Assembly: GCA_036172245.1 (NCBI GenBank)
Contig: JAYWIR010000006.1
Span: forward strand, 434,001 to 498,000
DNA length: 64,000 nucleotides
Source: Raillietiella orientalis
Lineage: Eukaryota
Reading direction: 5' to 3'
The position numbers and the translations under genes were made by a program. The notes under the pieces are model-generated. The model searched no databases. It was given only the letters and a program-made list of their open reading frames with translations, and was not told where the DNA came from. Positions within the stretch are counted from its first letter, which is position 1; each line of letters begins with the position of its first letter. Shown here in pieces: positions 50,454 through 64,000 of this stretch.

Positions 50454-51700
50454 AGCTCTTTAGCACTGTCCACGCCACCCGAGGGTGCGTGTCACTCTTC
50501 AAGCTATGGGAGCAACCCCCGAGAGATCACCCTTTGAATCCAGGAGGGGCTGCGGAGGAAGGAGTCCGCTCCTCCTACGCTTGAGAGGGAACCTCTGGTT
50601 GTCCCCGAAGGGAACTTCTTCCATATTCTCTCCAGAGGGATCTCCCGTCAGGAGCCACTCCTCATTTCTTCTCCGGAGGGCGCCCGCAAGGGAACCACTC
50701 CTCGTTTCCTCCTCCTCTAAAAAGAACCCCGAAGAAACGCACCGAAATTTTGCTGAAATGGGTTGGGCCCACAACGGAGGCTCTGTGGTTAAGGCTTCCG
50801 CGCGTGGCACCATGCGTCGCGGGTTCGAATACTTCGCCAGAAACTGACGCCACCGCGTCGTTAGGTTCCGAGTTTCTCCTGCAATGGCGCTGGTTGGCCG
50901 AGACATTCGGGCGTGGCACCGATGGTGGTTTAAGCCGGAAGACCCATGAAGAAGGCCAGAACTCCAGAAGAGTGCAAGGAATTCCCCTGCAGGAAGCTGC
51001 AGCGCCCCTTCTGAATTTCAGAAGCGTCCCTTCGGGGTTCTCTTCAGAGTGAACAGGAGCGCTTCCCTTGCGGGTTCCCTCCGGACAAGAAATTCCTACT
51101 AGCGGATCCTTTCTGGATTCCTTTTCGGGGAAGATGAAATAGAGGGGACCATCCCCCTTCCGGGGGGCCCCTCTGGAGAGAATGAGGAAGGAAATTCCCT
51201 TCTGGGTTCCCCTTCGGAGACAACCAGGGTGAGAAGTGCGATTCCCCCTCCCCAAACGTGAGAGGAACGGACTCCGAGCCTTTCTGGATTCATAGGGCGG
51301 ACCTCTTCCCGGGGTGCCCTCCCTATCTTGAAGAATACCTCCCCGAAGGGTGCAGCGCGCTTCTTGACACTCTGGAGGGTCACCCCCGAGGGAGTTTGGT
51401 ACATGGTACAGCTGCATTCTCACAACCGCAGGCGAACTCCGAACGGAACCGGCGCTCCTTGCATTCCCGGAGGACCCCAGAGGACTTTAAATCCCGGCCA
51501 GTCAACAAGGACACAAAGTTTCCTGCTGATTCCATCCGTGACACACGCAAATAGGCCAACCAGCATTATCCTGCGTGGGGAAGAGGGGAGATCCACGACG
51601 CACCTATTTCTCGGCGTCCATCCTACCAGGTGGGATTCAAACCCGCAACAGTACCACGCGCAGAGCCCGCCGCCACACGGCCGCCAGCTGGAGGTGCCCA
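50454..51700 (-). mobile_element. tRNA-headed SINE-like element, diverged copy 3, split by insertion of copy 2
   Basis: Minus-strand head (GCGCGTGGTAC..GCGGGTTTGAATCCC..GCTGGTTGGCC) at 51550-51700, body to about 51350, tail at 50454-50750 matching the reverse complement of 20215-20589. Confidence 0.65.
50770..51336 (+). mobile_element. tRNA-headed SINE-like element, copy 2
   Basis: Closely similar to 19790-19950 and 20190-20545 but lacking about 19955-20185 of copy 1. Confidence 0.75.
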
Positions 51701-54700
51701 AAAAACGTCCAGAAGGAATACCCAAAAGTCTGCTGACCTATCGGTGATAGAAATCATCACGCCCTATGCCCACATAATGACCGGGGATGTCTTTTCTCAT
51801 TGTGATCGCACCATCGGGGAAGCCGAGAGTACGGTGCGCTAAAGCGGAAGCAACGCGAATTTTTTTCTTCAGCTCGGGATGCTGTTCGATTTCATCAGAA
51901 AAATTTCTTTTTCCTGTGTTTCTGTGGATTTTGGGAGAGAGAGAGCGAAAAAGAAGGATAAAGATCTGGAGGTGCATGGGATCTCGAAGCACTTCGCTTG
52001 CTGGATTCATCGGCTAACCGTTCTTTATTCATCGATTTCTCCTATTTTCTGCATCGTACAATTCCTTGTACTCTCTCGAGCGCCACATCACTTTTCTTCA
52101 TCCGGTACCGGCATCATTTAAGATACATAACGGTTGCTAAATGGGGGGAAATGAACTCTGAAAGGACGATTTCTTTCCTTGAATGATGACGTCAGAAATT
52201 CTCGACACATCTGGAAACTGAAGTTCCAGGACTTTATAGAGACTGAAGACTCTGAATTCTGTAGGGATCCTACAGAGATTAATAAGCGAAGGCCCCGTTT
52301 ACGCGGGCAGAACAGAGCCGGTCGAAACATCTTTCCCCTTCCCCGAACGAAAAAAAAATGTCACCCCACATCTCGGAAGATTCCGAGGAATTGGAATGCG
52401 CTTTCTCAGGTGATTAGGGAGGTTCTATTGATCTACCGAATAACATGCGGTTTTCGGTACACAGAAGGGACAAAACTGAGAGTTCTGAAAAATCGTTCAA
52501 ATGTTGTTACTTTCCATGGCATTTGCTCTTTTGTTTCATACAGCTCTGAAAGCAATTTGGTAGCTTCCTCTAAGAGCGGAACCTCCTACGAGGTAGAGTA
52601 CAATTGCTTCTCTATCTTTAGAAGTGAACCACTGATTGGTTGGGGGTAAATTCCTTGAAGTGTATACAAGATTATTAGTAGGGGGAAGATTCTGTCCTGA
52701 GCTATTGAGGGTGAGCGTTTCATCATCATTTAATTCGACCTGTAGAAACATCACTTGGACCTTAGAGCAAAATGGCGAGCATTGATTCTAAAATCAGAAG
52801 ACCATTAGTAAGCATGATTATGAGCTTTATACACTCTTCAATACATTCACGCAGGCTCATACCAAATTGCCAATGTTAAAATAACCAAAGGTCACTTTCC
52901 CCGAAATTTTCTGAAGCATGGCAAACAGAAATGGTCTGCTACCTACAACAGAAACTCCTTTCCTTTTCCTTTCCTGGAGATTCCTGGAGAATCAGGTAAC
53001 CAGACCTATCTACGGATAAGTGACCTCCGATCGCTGTTTTGTGAAAAAGGAAACCCCCGTGATAAAAATTCTCACTGCAACCATTCTTGTTGCTGCGAGT
53101 TTCGATGCAATGTATTTTAAGTACCGTTCTTCAAGGAGGGCCGCTTCGATGAAGCGAGCTACCTAGAAGGGCCTCCGAGGAACTTGTGGTTTCTCCCCTG
53201 TAAAGAAACACTTTCGTGTTTCTCTACAGGGAAGGCGACAGCACCGTTCAGGCGTTTACAGGAGACCGTTTACAGCACCGTCTGCAGGCGGCAGCCCCGT
53301 TCTTGAAGTGTACTGCGTGGATCATGGAGCCATCGCTTCTGAGTCTGCTGCCAACCCCCTTCCAAAATTCGTACATCCTTATATGATTCCCTTTGAATAT
53401 TCATACCAGAAGATTGTGTTTCGAGTCGCTCATTGACTTGCCCGAGTTTCAAAACCAGAACTGAAGTTCGCTAAGTTTACGGGCTGGTTACGCAGACTGA
53501 TGAATTGAGTGAGACTGATGAGATAAAGACGAAGCACCAGTGGCATATTAGGCGATCTCGGAATTCATGATACGGACGGACTGGTCAGAGGCTTTGGGGC
53601 TTTAAAGGTTCAAAGAAAGACAGAAACTTGGATGTCATCAAGTACATCTACAGTGGTTGCTTCCGATGGTCGCTTGTGATGTCAGCTCTACATAGCCGCG
53701 GAGAGCATGCGCACATGGATGTTCTATAGCGGTCATGCATACCAACCCCCCAAAAAATTGAAAATCTTTGAAACTGTCCCGGGAAAGTGCAAGAGTGTAT
53801 TACACTCCAGGAATTGGGGAGGTCTTTTCCTCACTAATGCCATAAGGATCATATCTGGGCTAAATGCGACCCAACGTGGGCGAGATGCTGCAAGCTGTTC
53901 GGATTCAAGAAATGACAAAGCAGATAAAGTTATCTCAACACGAGCAAGGAGGAAAGCGAGGAGCTAAAGCACAAGGGAATTTGATATTCGAAGGTGCATT
54001 TTCGGTTTGCTCGGTGTACTTGTAGCAGTATGGCTCAGGGTGTCTGTCCTAATTCTAGTTTATTTTCATGACCTTCACGATCCGCAGCATTTAACTTTTA
54101 GTCTGTGCTTCTAGATGTATTCAAAAGTCAACTTCCCTGAGATGAAAAGACTCCGTTTGCCTCGACTACAAGAGCTTCTTCTAGATCAGCAATTTCTGGA
54201 GGTAAACACACGACGCTTACCGATGAACTTCCTTCCCTTTTCAAACCATTTTGAAGTCTTATGGGTCCGTGGAAATAATAAAGGACGGGCAAAAGCAAAG
54301 AAGAAAGAAAAATGGAAAATAATTCTAGTGGTCACCGACTCCACTGAGGTTAAGCTGACTGCATCGGTGTGCAGCCTATGGATGGATGCCTGGCGGACAG
54401 AAAGGCAAAAATGCAACTAACGGATCGTCAGATACCCGAATGAATTAAAATTCTAACAAGGAAATCATCAATCGATGGAAGAGGCTTTGATGAAGATTTA
54501 GTGGTGATCGTAGGCAGGAAAGCGTCCTCGACCATACCTCATTTCAGTAGGAGAATTACACGCCTGATCCGCTAAAAAAAGTGGGTTTTCAAGCTGATGA
54601 ACGCAGTTGGAAAAGGAATCAACCGGTGAAACAGAAGTTGACAACGGCCGGCCAAATCCAAGGCCTAACCTTCCTTCACCAAGGAATGAGATTAGGGAAA

Positions 54701-55736
54701 AACCGTCACATAGTATCGAAGAGTGGACTGTTTCATTAGCAGCTAGAATAGCTAGCGTTATGCTTGATGCATATTTAATAAGAAGAATATTGCACGCTTT
54801 CATAACGAAACTAGCTTTTCTGAGTCTAGTACTGAAGACTCAAGGCCCAAAGCAAAGAAGGGAATCTTCCAATGTTGTTTCAGATTCAGTAACCAAGATG
54901 GGGACAGTTCATGAAGCCAAAAAGTTGAAATTAGAATCTGAATGGAAAGGGAGAGCAATCTCTCTGGAGAATGTTTATGCTTGTTGAATCTTAGACGCGT
55001 GCGAAAGCTATCTCTGGGGGGACCCAGATCTTGGAATTGGTGAATTAAAGAGCAAGTGTTTGTCTGCTTTGGTTGGCGCAAGCATAGGAGGTTTCAAGCC
55101 TTGTTTATGAATCTTTACAGTTGGGAACACACACTGAATTCTAAAAAGTCGAGGACCTAAATCAAAGAGAATAGAATTGGGTTCGACTGCACAAAGCAGA
55201 TATGCCAAGCAGAGCTGACTCCGAGGACCGCAACGGCCAAACTGTTGAATCTGTCAAGCAGGTGACAGTCACGTGGCATCCTTTCATCCTTTGTACTCAT
55301 TTTTCAGGTTCTCGAGCAGAATAGCGGGAAGAGTATTTCTTGGTGATTTTTTCCTTCTTCGTAAAGATTGGCGAAGTGTTAAGGAGTGTAGCCGAACTCC
55401 CTTTCGGCTAGAAGCCGCTGAGGCGCCCTGAGCATTGCATTGCTTCCTCGTGAGCGTATCGGAGATCTTCCGAATTGCAGGCAGGCTCCGACTCACCGGG
55501 AAGGAAAGCACGAAGAGCATGTATCCCTCTGTTCCTCCTCCTCGCTGGTTCCCTTGCACCCAGCTCTTCCCATCCGAAGGAAATCCGTTCTCTCTGGGAC
55601 AGGATCATGGGGAACTGGGTTTGCCAAATCCACGTGTGAAGGTGGAAAAAGGGAGGGTGATCTCGGTGCCGATCGAAATACCGAAAGACCACAAAAAGGG
55701 GGGCGGTAGAGGAACAGCTGCTGATTCTGTCTACGT

Positions 55737-56418
55737 AGATTTACATGCGAGTTTACTTTAATGTACATAGTTATTCATATTTATTAACGTACCATGCTAT
55801 TAACAGTAGGATTACTTGAGATTATATATTAATTAACGTACATTTTATTAACATAATTAATGACTTGTTGGTTATATTATTGATGTACATTTGAAAAATT
55901 ATAATAAATAAAGATATATGCTTAATATATGTATAAATATATATAGGTGACATAAATATAAACATATAAACATAGAAATATATACATAGAAATGTAAATA
56001 CATCCATACATACATATATTATATATATACATATACTAATATATATTTATGCACAAAGATTAATACATTTATTTATATCCACATATTTACATTACTTCCT
56101 AATACACGTTTTTATATGTCATATTTTCTTTTTTGTTTTTTCCCATTTCTTTGCCTTTTTATTTTTTTCACTACTGCAATCATAATTATTATTTACTTCT
56201 AAAAATTCGATATTTATATATTCATTCAATATATATTATACATGTAATGAACACATGTACTTATTTTTGTAATCTTGAATACATAAATCAAAAATAATAC
56301 AATAAACAACTTACTGATTACGTTAATAAATGTATACGCTCAATCATCCTACTGTTAATAATATATGCTTAATAAATACGAATAACTATATCTGTTAAAA
56401 TAAATTTGCATATCAATC
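55737..56418. repeat. AT-rich foldback / MITE-like element with ~100-bp imperfect terminal inverted repeats
   Basis: 55737-55840 (..ATAGTTATTCATATTTATTAA..TATTAACAGTAGGAT..ATTAACGTA) matches the reverse complement of about 56319-56418; interior is very AT-rich. Confidence 0.7.
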
Positions 56419-59118
56419 CATGTGGAATGAGCACATATACTTATTTTTCCTGTGTGCGATTTCGGCGTTCGGCTTATTGAGCCAAACCCGTCCAGCCAAC
56501 ACTCAATGTTCACAGTTCTTGTCGTGAGCTCAGTCCATGGTGCCTCTGGAATACACTGAAAGGACTGCCGTACACTACAGATGAAGGTGTGACGGCTATA
56601 TCAAGTGCAGTTTCAAGTCCAACTGTACACACTCCCATTTGCTGGGCACTTGCAGCGGGAACACCTTCAGCAATCAGATCGGTTTCTGTCAGTGGAAGAT
56701 GAGCACCGGTTGGACACAGGTCGTTTCGCGGGATGAGCAGTCGTTCTGAAGCTGAGATCACGGTCGCGAGCAAAAACAACCGGTCCACAGTGCCTCGTGT
56801 GTCTCAGATTTCATTGACGGCAATGAAACGTGGATGAATCCGGCTTATCCTTCCACTCATATCTGCGAGGTCGCATCATTAATTTTTGCAATAGTACTCT
56901 GAGACAGTCGATGTTTTCAGATTACTCCCACTTTATTTCACGGCTTTGATTAAGTGCCCTCCGATGAAATGATCTTGAAGGAGTAACTCTGGATTACTGG
57001 CTACCAGCAGTTTAAGAAGCAAGGAAATTTGCCGGAGGGTGAGTTTTTCAACATAGTCCTTGAAATACAGTTTCTTGTTTCGGACATGAAGAACTGAATC
57101 CATCTTCTAGTTTCGGATACGTCGAGGTCGGAAAGGTCAAGTGCTGGCTGATGAATCCTGCGCATTCTCCCGGCGCAAACGTACTTTTCCTGTAAATGCA
57201 ACATTGCTTTTCCTGTTTTACTTCATATCCGCAACGAGTACCGTTTCTTTTGGGAAGTGCGGAGTGCTTATTGACAGTTTTCCGCTTCTCGGAATCGATC
57301 TGTATTTGTAGGCCACTAATGTCCCTGATTATTCATGTGCGTTTGCACCGAGTTCATCTGAATATTTCATCCCGCACAGTAACAGTCACAAAAGCAGTAT
57401 CATGCAAACAACATCACTGTTAAGACCACACCTCAGAATTTCGCCTGCCATTTTGGTAAAGTCATGTTTTTCAGCAGGACAGTCAAATTTAATATACATT
57501 CGTGTAGTAGTGTGAAATTACTAGTGTAGAATTATTGCATGAACTATCACTCAAGGATCGAATCGAAAGAGTAGTGATATCCATGATAACAAAATGTAAC
57601 ACATTTCAGAAGAAACCGGCTAAAACAGATACTTCTATGACTTTTCAAGGCCCGTCACAGTCGAAGATGAAACCATTGGTTACTATGAGACCTACACTTA
57701 TGGTCTTTGGTCTCTGAGTCAGAGGACAGTGTATTAAACCGAAACGCCAATCCAGATATTCGACCACGGAGAGAGAAAGAGAGAGAAAGTTCTAGAAAAA
57801 CTAAAACTTGTATCAATTTGGATGCTCTTCCGTCCAAAGTGCAGCTTCGCGGTATCAGAAATACAATTCTGCACACAGAGTTTTTTTGATTTATTGTCAG
57901 AGCAAGGTCAGGTTGATTCATCACGGAGCTCGAAATTTCGGACTCTAAGGCTCACGTTCTTACCGTCCTGGAGAATCCAACAGGTCTGTTCTTCCACACG
58001 AAACAGTTTGGTCTTCTTGATGTCAGTTGGATCTCTTGAGCCGTACAATGACCCGAGTTCGTTTTTCAGTGAATTGTGATCTTCTCCGTTCCATGGAACC
58101 ACGGATAAATTAAAACCTCTCTTCCCTGATCCGTATTGACATTTTTTTCTATAGCTTGACTTTCCTCCCTACGTGGGTACGTTTTCATAGCGTTCCATGT
58201 GTTTGTGTGAAATGTTTGGTTACATCCCATGCGTGAAGGTCATTATCAGCACCTCTTCTAGAGTGGGTCTCTATAACTAGAGTTCTAAAGAATAGCCCGA
58301 TGTAAAACTTCTTTCGACGAGAGCTGAACGACTTCTTTCATTGCCGATAACCTACACGAAAATGGCCCGTCCCTGAGTCGAAACAGACACGGCGCAGAAA
58401 GAACACAAGGTGATCCCGGCATCCTTGACAAAGAAAAGCCTTTCAGAAAGACTTCAAACTTGAAAACAAGGAGGAAATGCTTCCGAAGGGCGAAATCAGG
58501 AGAGCAAGTTTCTAATGATGAATCAAATGGTAGAGTGCACTTCCTCATTTAGATGAGGGAAATCGGGCAAGTGATGTGACCTGCACTGCAGTGCCAAGTT
58601 CTACACTAGTGTTTTCGGATTCAGATTCGAACTCGAATGTGACCAACAACTCGAACGGAAAGAAGCAATCCGTCAAGCTAACCAGTTTTCAGGATTTTTC
58701 GAAATTTCAGGAATGGTTATGCTCTCAGAGATCACGCAACAGATCACGCAACCACAGTAAACATTAAGACACCCAAACGGTCCTCCACTGCGTGTGAGCC
58801 CATCTGACGAAGCGCTCACCTCTATCAGAAATTCAATTCTCCATACCTTGACTACTAGTTGGCAGGCTGATCCATCGATGTCGCCGCCTTCCACCGCTGG
58901 ACTGTAGGATCTGGCGGTATACTTTTGGGCTCCTATATAAAAGGATGACCTTAGCATCTTTAAGGTCATCCTAAAGCCGGGAGCTGGCGTGTTCCCTTCA
59001 AAAATCACGGTCGCAGGAAGAAATGCAATATGGAATGGCATCTCAGCTGAAGAGGTTGCTTTCCGACGGTGCAACTGTTTGCTCACCTGTAGGTCCTACA
59101 GTCGTCGTCGCAGATGAA

Positions 59119-59166
59119 GCGCTGGATGCAGCACTGGATGCAGCACTGGATGCAACACTGGATGCA
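59119..59166. repeat. 12-bp tandem repeat, 4 copies (GCACTGGATGCA)
   Basis: gcgctggatgca gcactggatgca gcactggatgca acactggatgca read directly. Confidence 0.9.
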
Positions 59167-62100
59167 GTGACAGTAGTCATTGAAGTGCCGTCGGAAGTTA
59201 TGCTGGAAATGGATCGAAGAACAGTATAATGGAAATCTTAAATTTGGCTGCTTGACAGAAGCGAAGGTCCATTGGAATGCTCTTGAGAACTCATGGAGTT
59301 GAACAGACAAGGACAGATCTGCGTTTCACACTGTGCTTGGACTCTTTTGTGTTTATCCCATTGCTGCTTCACCGCGGATCTCACACCAAAATTGCTTGTT
59401 AAGATTCTTAAATGATCTTTACTCCGTGGTTATCATTGTTTGATGATGGTAATTCTCTTCTCTGTTTTTCCGGTCTGTTGGAAACCTGCGTTGCTTTTGA
59501 CTCAGAGAATTCACTAGGATGCAATTTCATTTTTTTTTTTCCTTTTCTTGTTCGGAAAACGGCACAGGATTCCGTTTCGGTTTCCTCTCTTCTCTTGCTG
59601 ACCATGTTTTCAGCTGATGCGTCAATGTTTCTGCCTTTCCTCCCCTCATATCTACTATTATTTGTGTGATATGACCTAGTATTATTAACAGATGGATGCG
59701 AAACAACCCCAATCCACCCGATTCATGACCAATGAGCACGACCGATACTAACATTCGAACTCCTCTTGTGTCAGTAATAACTATTCTGGAGTCATCGGAT
59801 ATATTCAGTGTGGTAAACGTTATCAGTACGCACTCCGGGGAGACGAGTATGTTTCTAGGCTGAAAACAAAAATTCCCCGTTACGACTCTGAAGACAGGAG
59901 ACGTCTGTCTTCTACCTGCAGGTTTAGCCTGCATCTGCTACTCATATCGTAGTCAGCAGGAAAATTGGGAGATAGGTACGTTGCTGTCAGGACATTAATG
60001 TTTGTTCTGACACTGAATGGGCAATTTCCAACTATTGGCGCATGGTGATAGAATCTGAATTTCGTTTTTGAAAACAGAGAGCTGTTCTGATTCACGGAGA
60101 CCATGCCTAACAGCATCCCTGGGCAGCAGCATACGCAAATCTGAAACACAGAATTTCTAAATGGCATGACATAAATCTTTGCTGTTGGTGCGGAGCAACT
60201 AAGAAGAAAATCACGTTGCATGCTGCAAGGTGATTTTTTCTCTTTTCAATTTCCAAGAGCGATTAACGTATCCTGATTAAAATTTCTGCAGATTCCTTTT
60301 CCTGAAGGGAAGTATTTGGGAGCTTAACTGCTTCTAGTCATGTGATTTCATCTTTATACGCTATATACTATAAATATTATGAATAGCTGTATAATTTTTA
60401 TATATTCGTATACAATCCTACGAGAGTATACGATCATTCTACGTAAATGCTGATTATGGATTTGAATTTAATCGGCACTGTTCTATTTAGGAAGATTGTT
60501 GTAATTATACAGTACCATTGCGTTTCACAAAGAATATTTACAAAATAAAAACAGCAGACAGTATTATAAGTATTGAGCAACCTTTTTCATTCAGTATATA
60601 TTTATTCCGAGACCTACGCGCGGAAAGAGACCCTTTTCACACACACAAAAATTCTTGATCCCTCCATGAGTCAGCAACCACCTCATACCATAGCAAAACA
60701 CAAAACCTTCTTCTTGCATCACCTGACCCGTCGACAAATGCATACCTCGCTATCATAATGAATTGGGGAACTGTCCTCCTCTATGACAAAATTGCATCTT
60801 CAGCAAACAAACTCTTTACCACTTTCAGCTCATCTTTTGCAATTTCTTTAAGCCTCCATCACGGTTACTCGTGCCCGACTTGATTGCAAGCACGGTGCGT
60901 CTCTTTGCTATCAGCATCCCCTCCCCCCCCCCCATGTTTGAGTTGGAGAGAACCCCTTAACGTTGGGAAAATTTTTCCTTTGAAATTCATTTGCCTGCCT
61001 TCCATCCCTGCACTTCCCAGACTGACGTTTAGTCAATTAAACTTTCCCGATCCTGAGGAGTTTTCGTCATATCTTTGCAGCCTTGGAGCCTCGGTCTCCT
61101 ACACACTGACCACGTGCGACACACGCTATTATCGACATGTGTATCTTCGTGTGAGTTTTCAAAACAAAAATCGCACCGACGTCCGGAAGAATTGCCCACA
61201 CAGAATTGTACGCAGTCACCGTGCTCCACGTGCACCGTAGCTGGTTGTACTTTTCATTCGGATTTATGTACCTTTCTTTCGCTCTGATCGGATGTCGGTT
61301 CGCTAAAGTCGAACGCGGGCCGGCACAGATGCAAGCGCCGCGAAACTTGCTGACATTGCAGATGATCGAATCGTTTCGGTCCATTCTGGACAAGGAATTT
61401 TCACTTACAGTTTGCCTCAAGAGCCTAACGATCAGTTCGTGTCATTTTCAAGACTCAAGCGTGTAGCTTGACACTTGCGTTCTCCTCACTGTCGAGGGGG
61501 ACGCTGGTCACGACAGTCTAGCATGCCACAAACAAACTGCCCGGAGCAGTACTTACCAAAAGTATTCTTCTTGCACTCGGAGGAAAACTAAACATTCTTC
61601 TTTGCTTGACTAACTTGAAGAGCTTTCGGTCAGAACAAGCTGTCTTCCGCAGACAGTTGTGTTTGGTTCCTTTAAGATCTATATATATCAAAGCATGAAA
61701 AAGCTCTTGGTTGTACCTAAGCTAAAAAACAAATGTCGCCTACGGTCTCACCCACACACCTACTACACACAACAAATATTAGCCTCTTTTCCGAGGTGCT
61801 TCAACTTATGTTCTCGTTATTTCTCCAGTAAACAATCTCATCTGCAGTGCGCAGCACCATTTGGAACTCGAATTTCTCAAAAGCGCCGATAGCTGTTGAT
61901 GCTCAAAGTAGGGGATGCTGGGAGGTTGCAGCAAAGCTGGAAAAACAACAGCCGAAAACAGGAGAATTCGCCGCTTGCAAGATTGCTGTTACCATCTTTA
62001 CAAGAGGATTCGGGAAAATAACAGTTGAAAAGAGAGGAAGAATTTGCGAATGATCATGCAGTGGGTTCAGAATAGAATGATGGGGTGATTTCAGTGGGTG

Positions 62101-64000
62101 CATGGAGATGAGCTGAATCTCGTGCTTAATTTAACACGAGTCTGGTGTGAAGGGAGGAAAGCTCCGAAAGGATTCCATGTAAACGGGAAGGGGAAAGCAT
62201 GCCGTTTTGGAGTGCTGCTCTGGATGTGCAGAACATGTGACACGCCGCCAGTCCTTGCAAACAACCCGTCTTGACCTCGGAAAATGAGTATGCGTATTTA
62301 CACGCATGCACATACTTGTTTGACAGTCGCGGACTGCTCCAATGTTCGAGGATGAATCGCATTGGACGCTTGACCCAATTGGGTGACTTGCCGACTCCGT
62401 CCTTCAACAAGTCGGGAGCGACAATCTGCTGTTCCTAAATTTATACTCACAAACACTCACCCTGCACATTTCACGCGAAACACTTCGGAGCCCGAATAGA
62501 GCAAGATTTCGGTCTCTGCTAAGCCTTTTCCACGGATTTCGGCCTGCTTTAGCGGATTCATTTATCCAGCTGTCTTCTGTGCGTCCTCCGTACATCTATT
62601 AGCTTAAAAGGAGGATGCCAGCACGTACTTTTCATCAGCAGATAGTCTCTAGAATTCGATTCCTGTACTTTTACTCGGTTGCTCCGAAGCTGGAAGGATT
62701 TCAATCAGCAGTAAGCGAATCTTCCCCGACAGCAACCAGAATCCACCTCCACTCCATGAACTGTGCTCCGGAAAGAGGGATGAGGAAAATGATTCGAGAA
62801 TCGAGAAGCGAGAAAAAGTATCTCTTTATCGGGGCTGTGCTTGCATGCAACGAGGACCAGAGGCGATGGAGAAACACCAGAGCAGTCCTTAGAAACGTTC
62901 GGACACCGGCTCGCTCCGTACGAGGGGAAAGTTTCGTGCTCTCCGGCAGACAAGATGTGTTTCTCGGCCGCTCAGGGATGGTTCGAGATCCAGTCTCGCC
63001 TCGCCACTCTGGCAAAATCTGCAATCCTCGTTCCCTGGTCATCGTGAATGCGTGGCGCTTTTAGAGAAGTTCATCGCTGGGATACGTGCATCATGGTCTG
63101 GTGGAAAGTTCCAGTATGCACCTGGAGTGTGGAGACCATCACCTCCACGAAACAGAAACGTGAGAACAACCTGGATGAAATACGCGCTTGATGAACTACT
63201 GGAGTCAGATGGGCTCCTTGTTCTTGGGGAAAAATCAGAAGCCTTCCCGCTGCTGCGGAACACGGAACCTTTCCAACTTCTCCAATTCTTCCAGAAATCA
63301 GCGTACAGCAAATCGTTCTCCGATGAAAATTCTCACGACGAGTACAGATATCAATCTCATGTAACGGTCTTTCCATCTTGCCGCAACACTGTAAAACTCT
63401 TTCTTCGAACCCGAGGCGCAAAAACCTATTTTCCCCAGTGGGGGAGCATCATTAAAGATGAACAAGGCCACTTGAACTGAGATTTCCACCTTGGGTGAGT
63501 GCATGTGTCGAGGCTGGCTAAGATGAATTTTCCATACCAGCTGCTGCTAATCTCGAAGAATTCAAATTATTCAAATCAGGTCCACAGATTGCAGCTTCCA
63601 CAGTCGCACCTTTCCAACAGCAACGCGCTCCTTCACTTGTCGTTCTGCCTCAGTCAGTGTGATCTTAGACTGCAAAGCTCTTGCGTCATGTCCAAGTGAT
63701 TGCCGGGCACAAGATAATTGTCTGCATAAACTCTTTACAAAGAGCTTTGCGTTTTTTTTTTCGTACGTTCCCTTTTTTGTATTATTATTCCATGCATTTT
63801 TTTTTTAAAGTTTACCAAGCAATGTTCCTGTTTTGCATTCTAGTTTTATTTTTTTCTAATTCTTCTTTTCTAAATTTCAGATGATCGCTATCAGCTCGAT
63901 CAGAAACTGTCAATTTCCCTTTATTAGTTAATACACCTAATTTGAAAATTCTTTCATCATCAAAACCAAAATAACGTTTTTCGATGCCAATTTCAGTAGG

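Noticed and set aside
50840..50915. Passing resemblance of CTCCTGCAATGGCGCTGGTTGGCCGAGACATTC to an HDV ribozyme
   Set aside because: Could not build the nested double pseudoknot; the segment pairs as a simple hairpin with AACTGACGCCA upstream.
50454..51700. Viroid-like or rod-shaped circular RNA with ribozymes in both polarities
   Set aside because: The two inverted pairs cross and do not nest, and the shared motif is tRNA-like; nested antisense insertion explains it more simply.
59119..59166. Short repeats as a CRISPR-like array
   Set aside because: Contiguous 12-mers with no spacers in a eukaryotic context; a simple minisatellite.
59500..60221. Sola1-like transposase remnant (QRDFLL, TLNIS, DMRGGK)
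   Set aside because: Motifs are short and scattered across frames; catalytic region and TIRs not found.
63052..63480. 142-aa plus-strand ORF
   Set aside because: No recognisable domain or supporting splice structure.

Overview
Eukaryotic, animal (probably arthropod) genomic DNA with very short introns (44-52 nt). Recognisable host genes: the 3' exons of a divergent IR25a-like ionotropic receptor (1014-3229, +); a COX14-like small ORF (15503-15715, +) followed only 19 nt later by a 3-exon methylmalonyl-CoA epimerase (MCEE, 15735-16331, +); tRNA-Lys(CTT) (29869-29941); a histone H4 pseudogene (31766-32057, -); a 4-exon Rab8 (38671-39736, +) with a GC-AG first intron and no CaaX box; and a convergent FIP1 with an intronless CDS (39849-41414, -). 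Most of the remainder is decayed transposable elements: several L1/Tx1-like non-LTR retrotransposons, a NeSL/Utopia-type endonuclease fragment, a pogo-like remnant, a TTAA-flanked piggyBac-type non-autonomous element and an AT-rich foldback element. The best candidates for something undescribed are (i) the apparent COX14-MCEE dicistronic unit studded with mini-uORFs and (ii) a ~0.8-kb tRNA-headed, tetraloop-rich SINE-like family present three times, one copy nested antisense in another. All assignments are by eye from motifs; no database searches were run, and boundaries of decayed elements are approximate.
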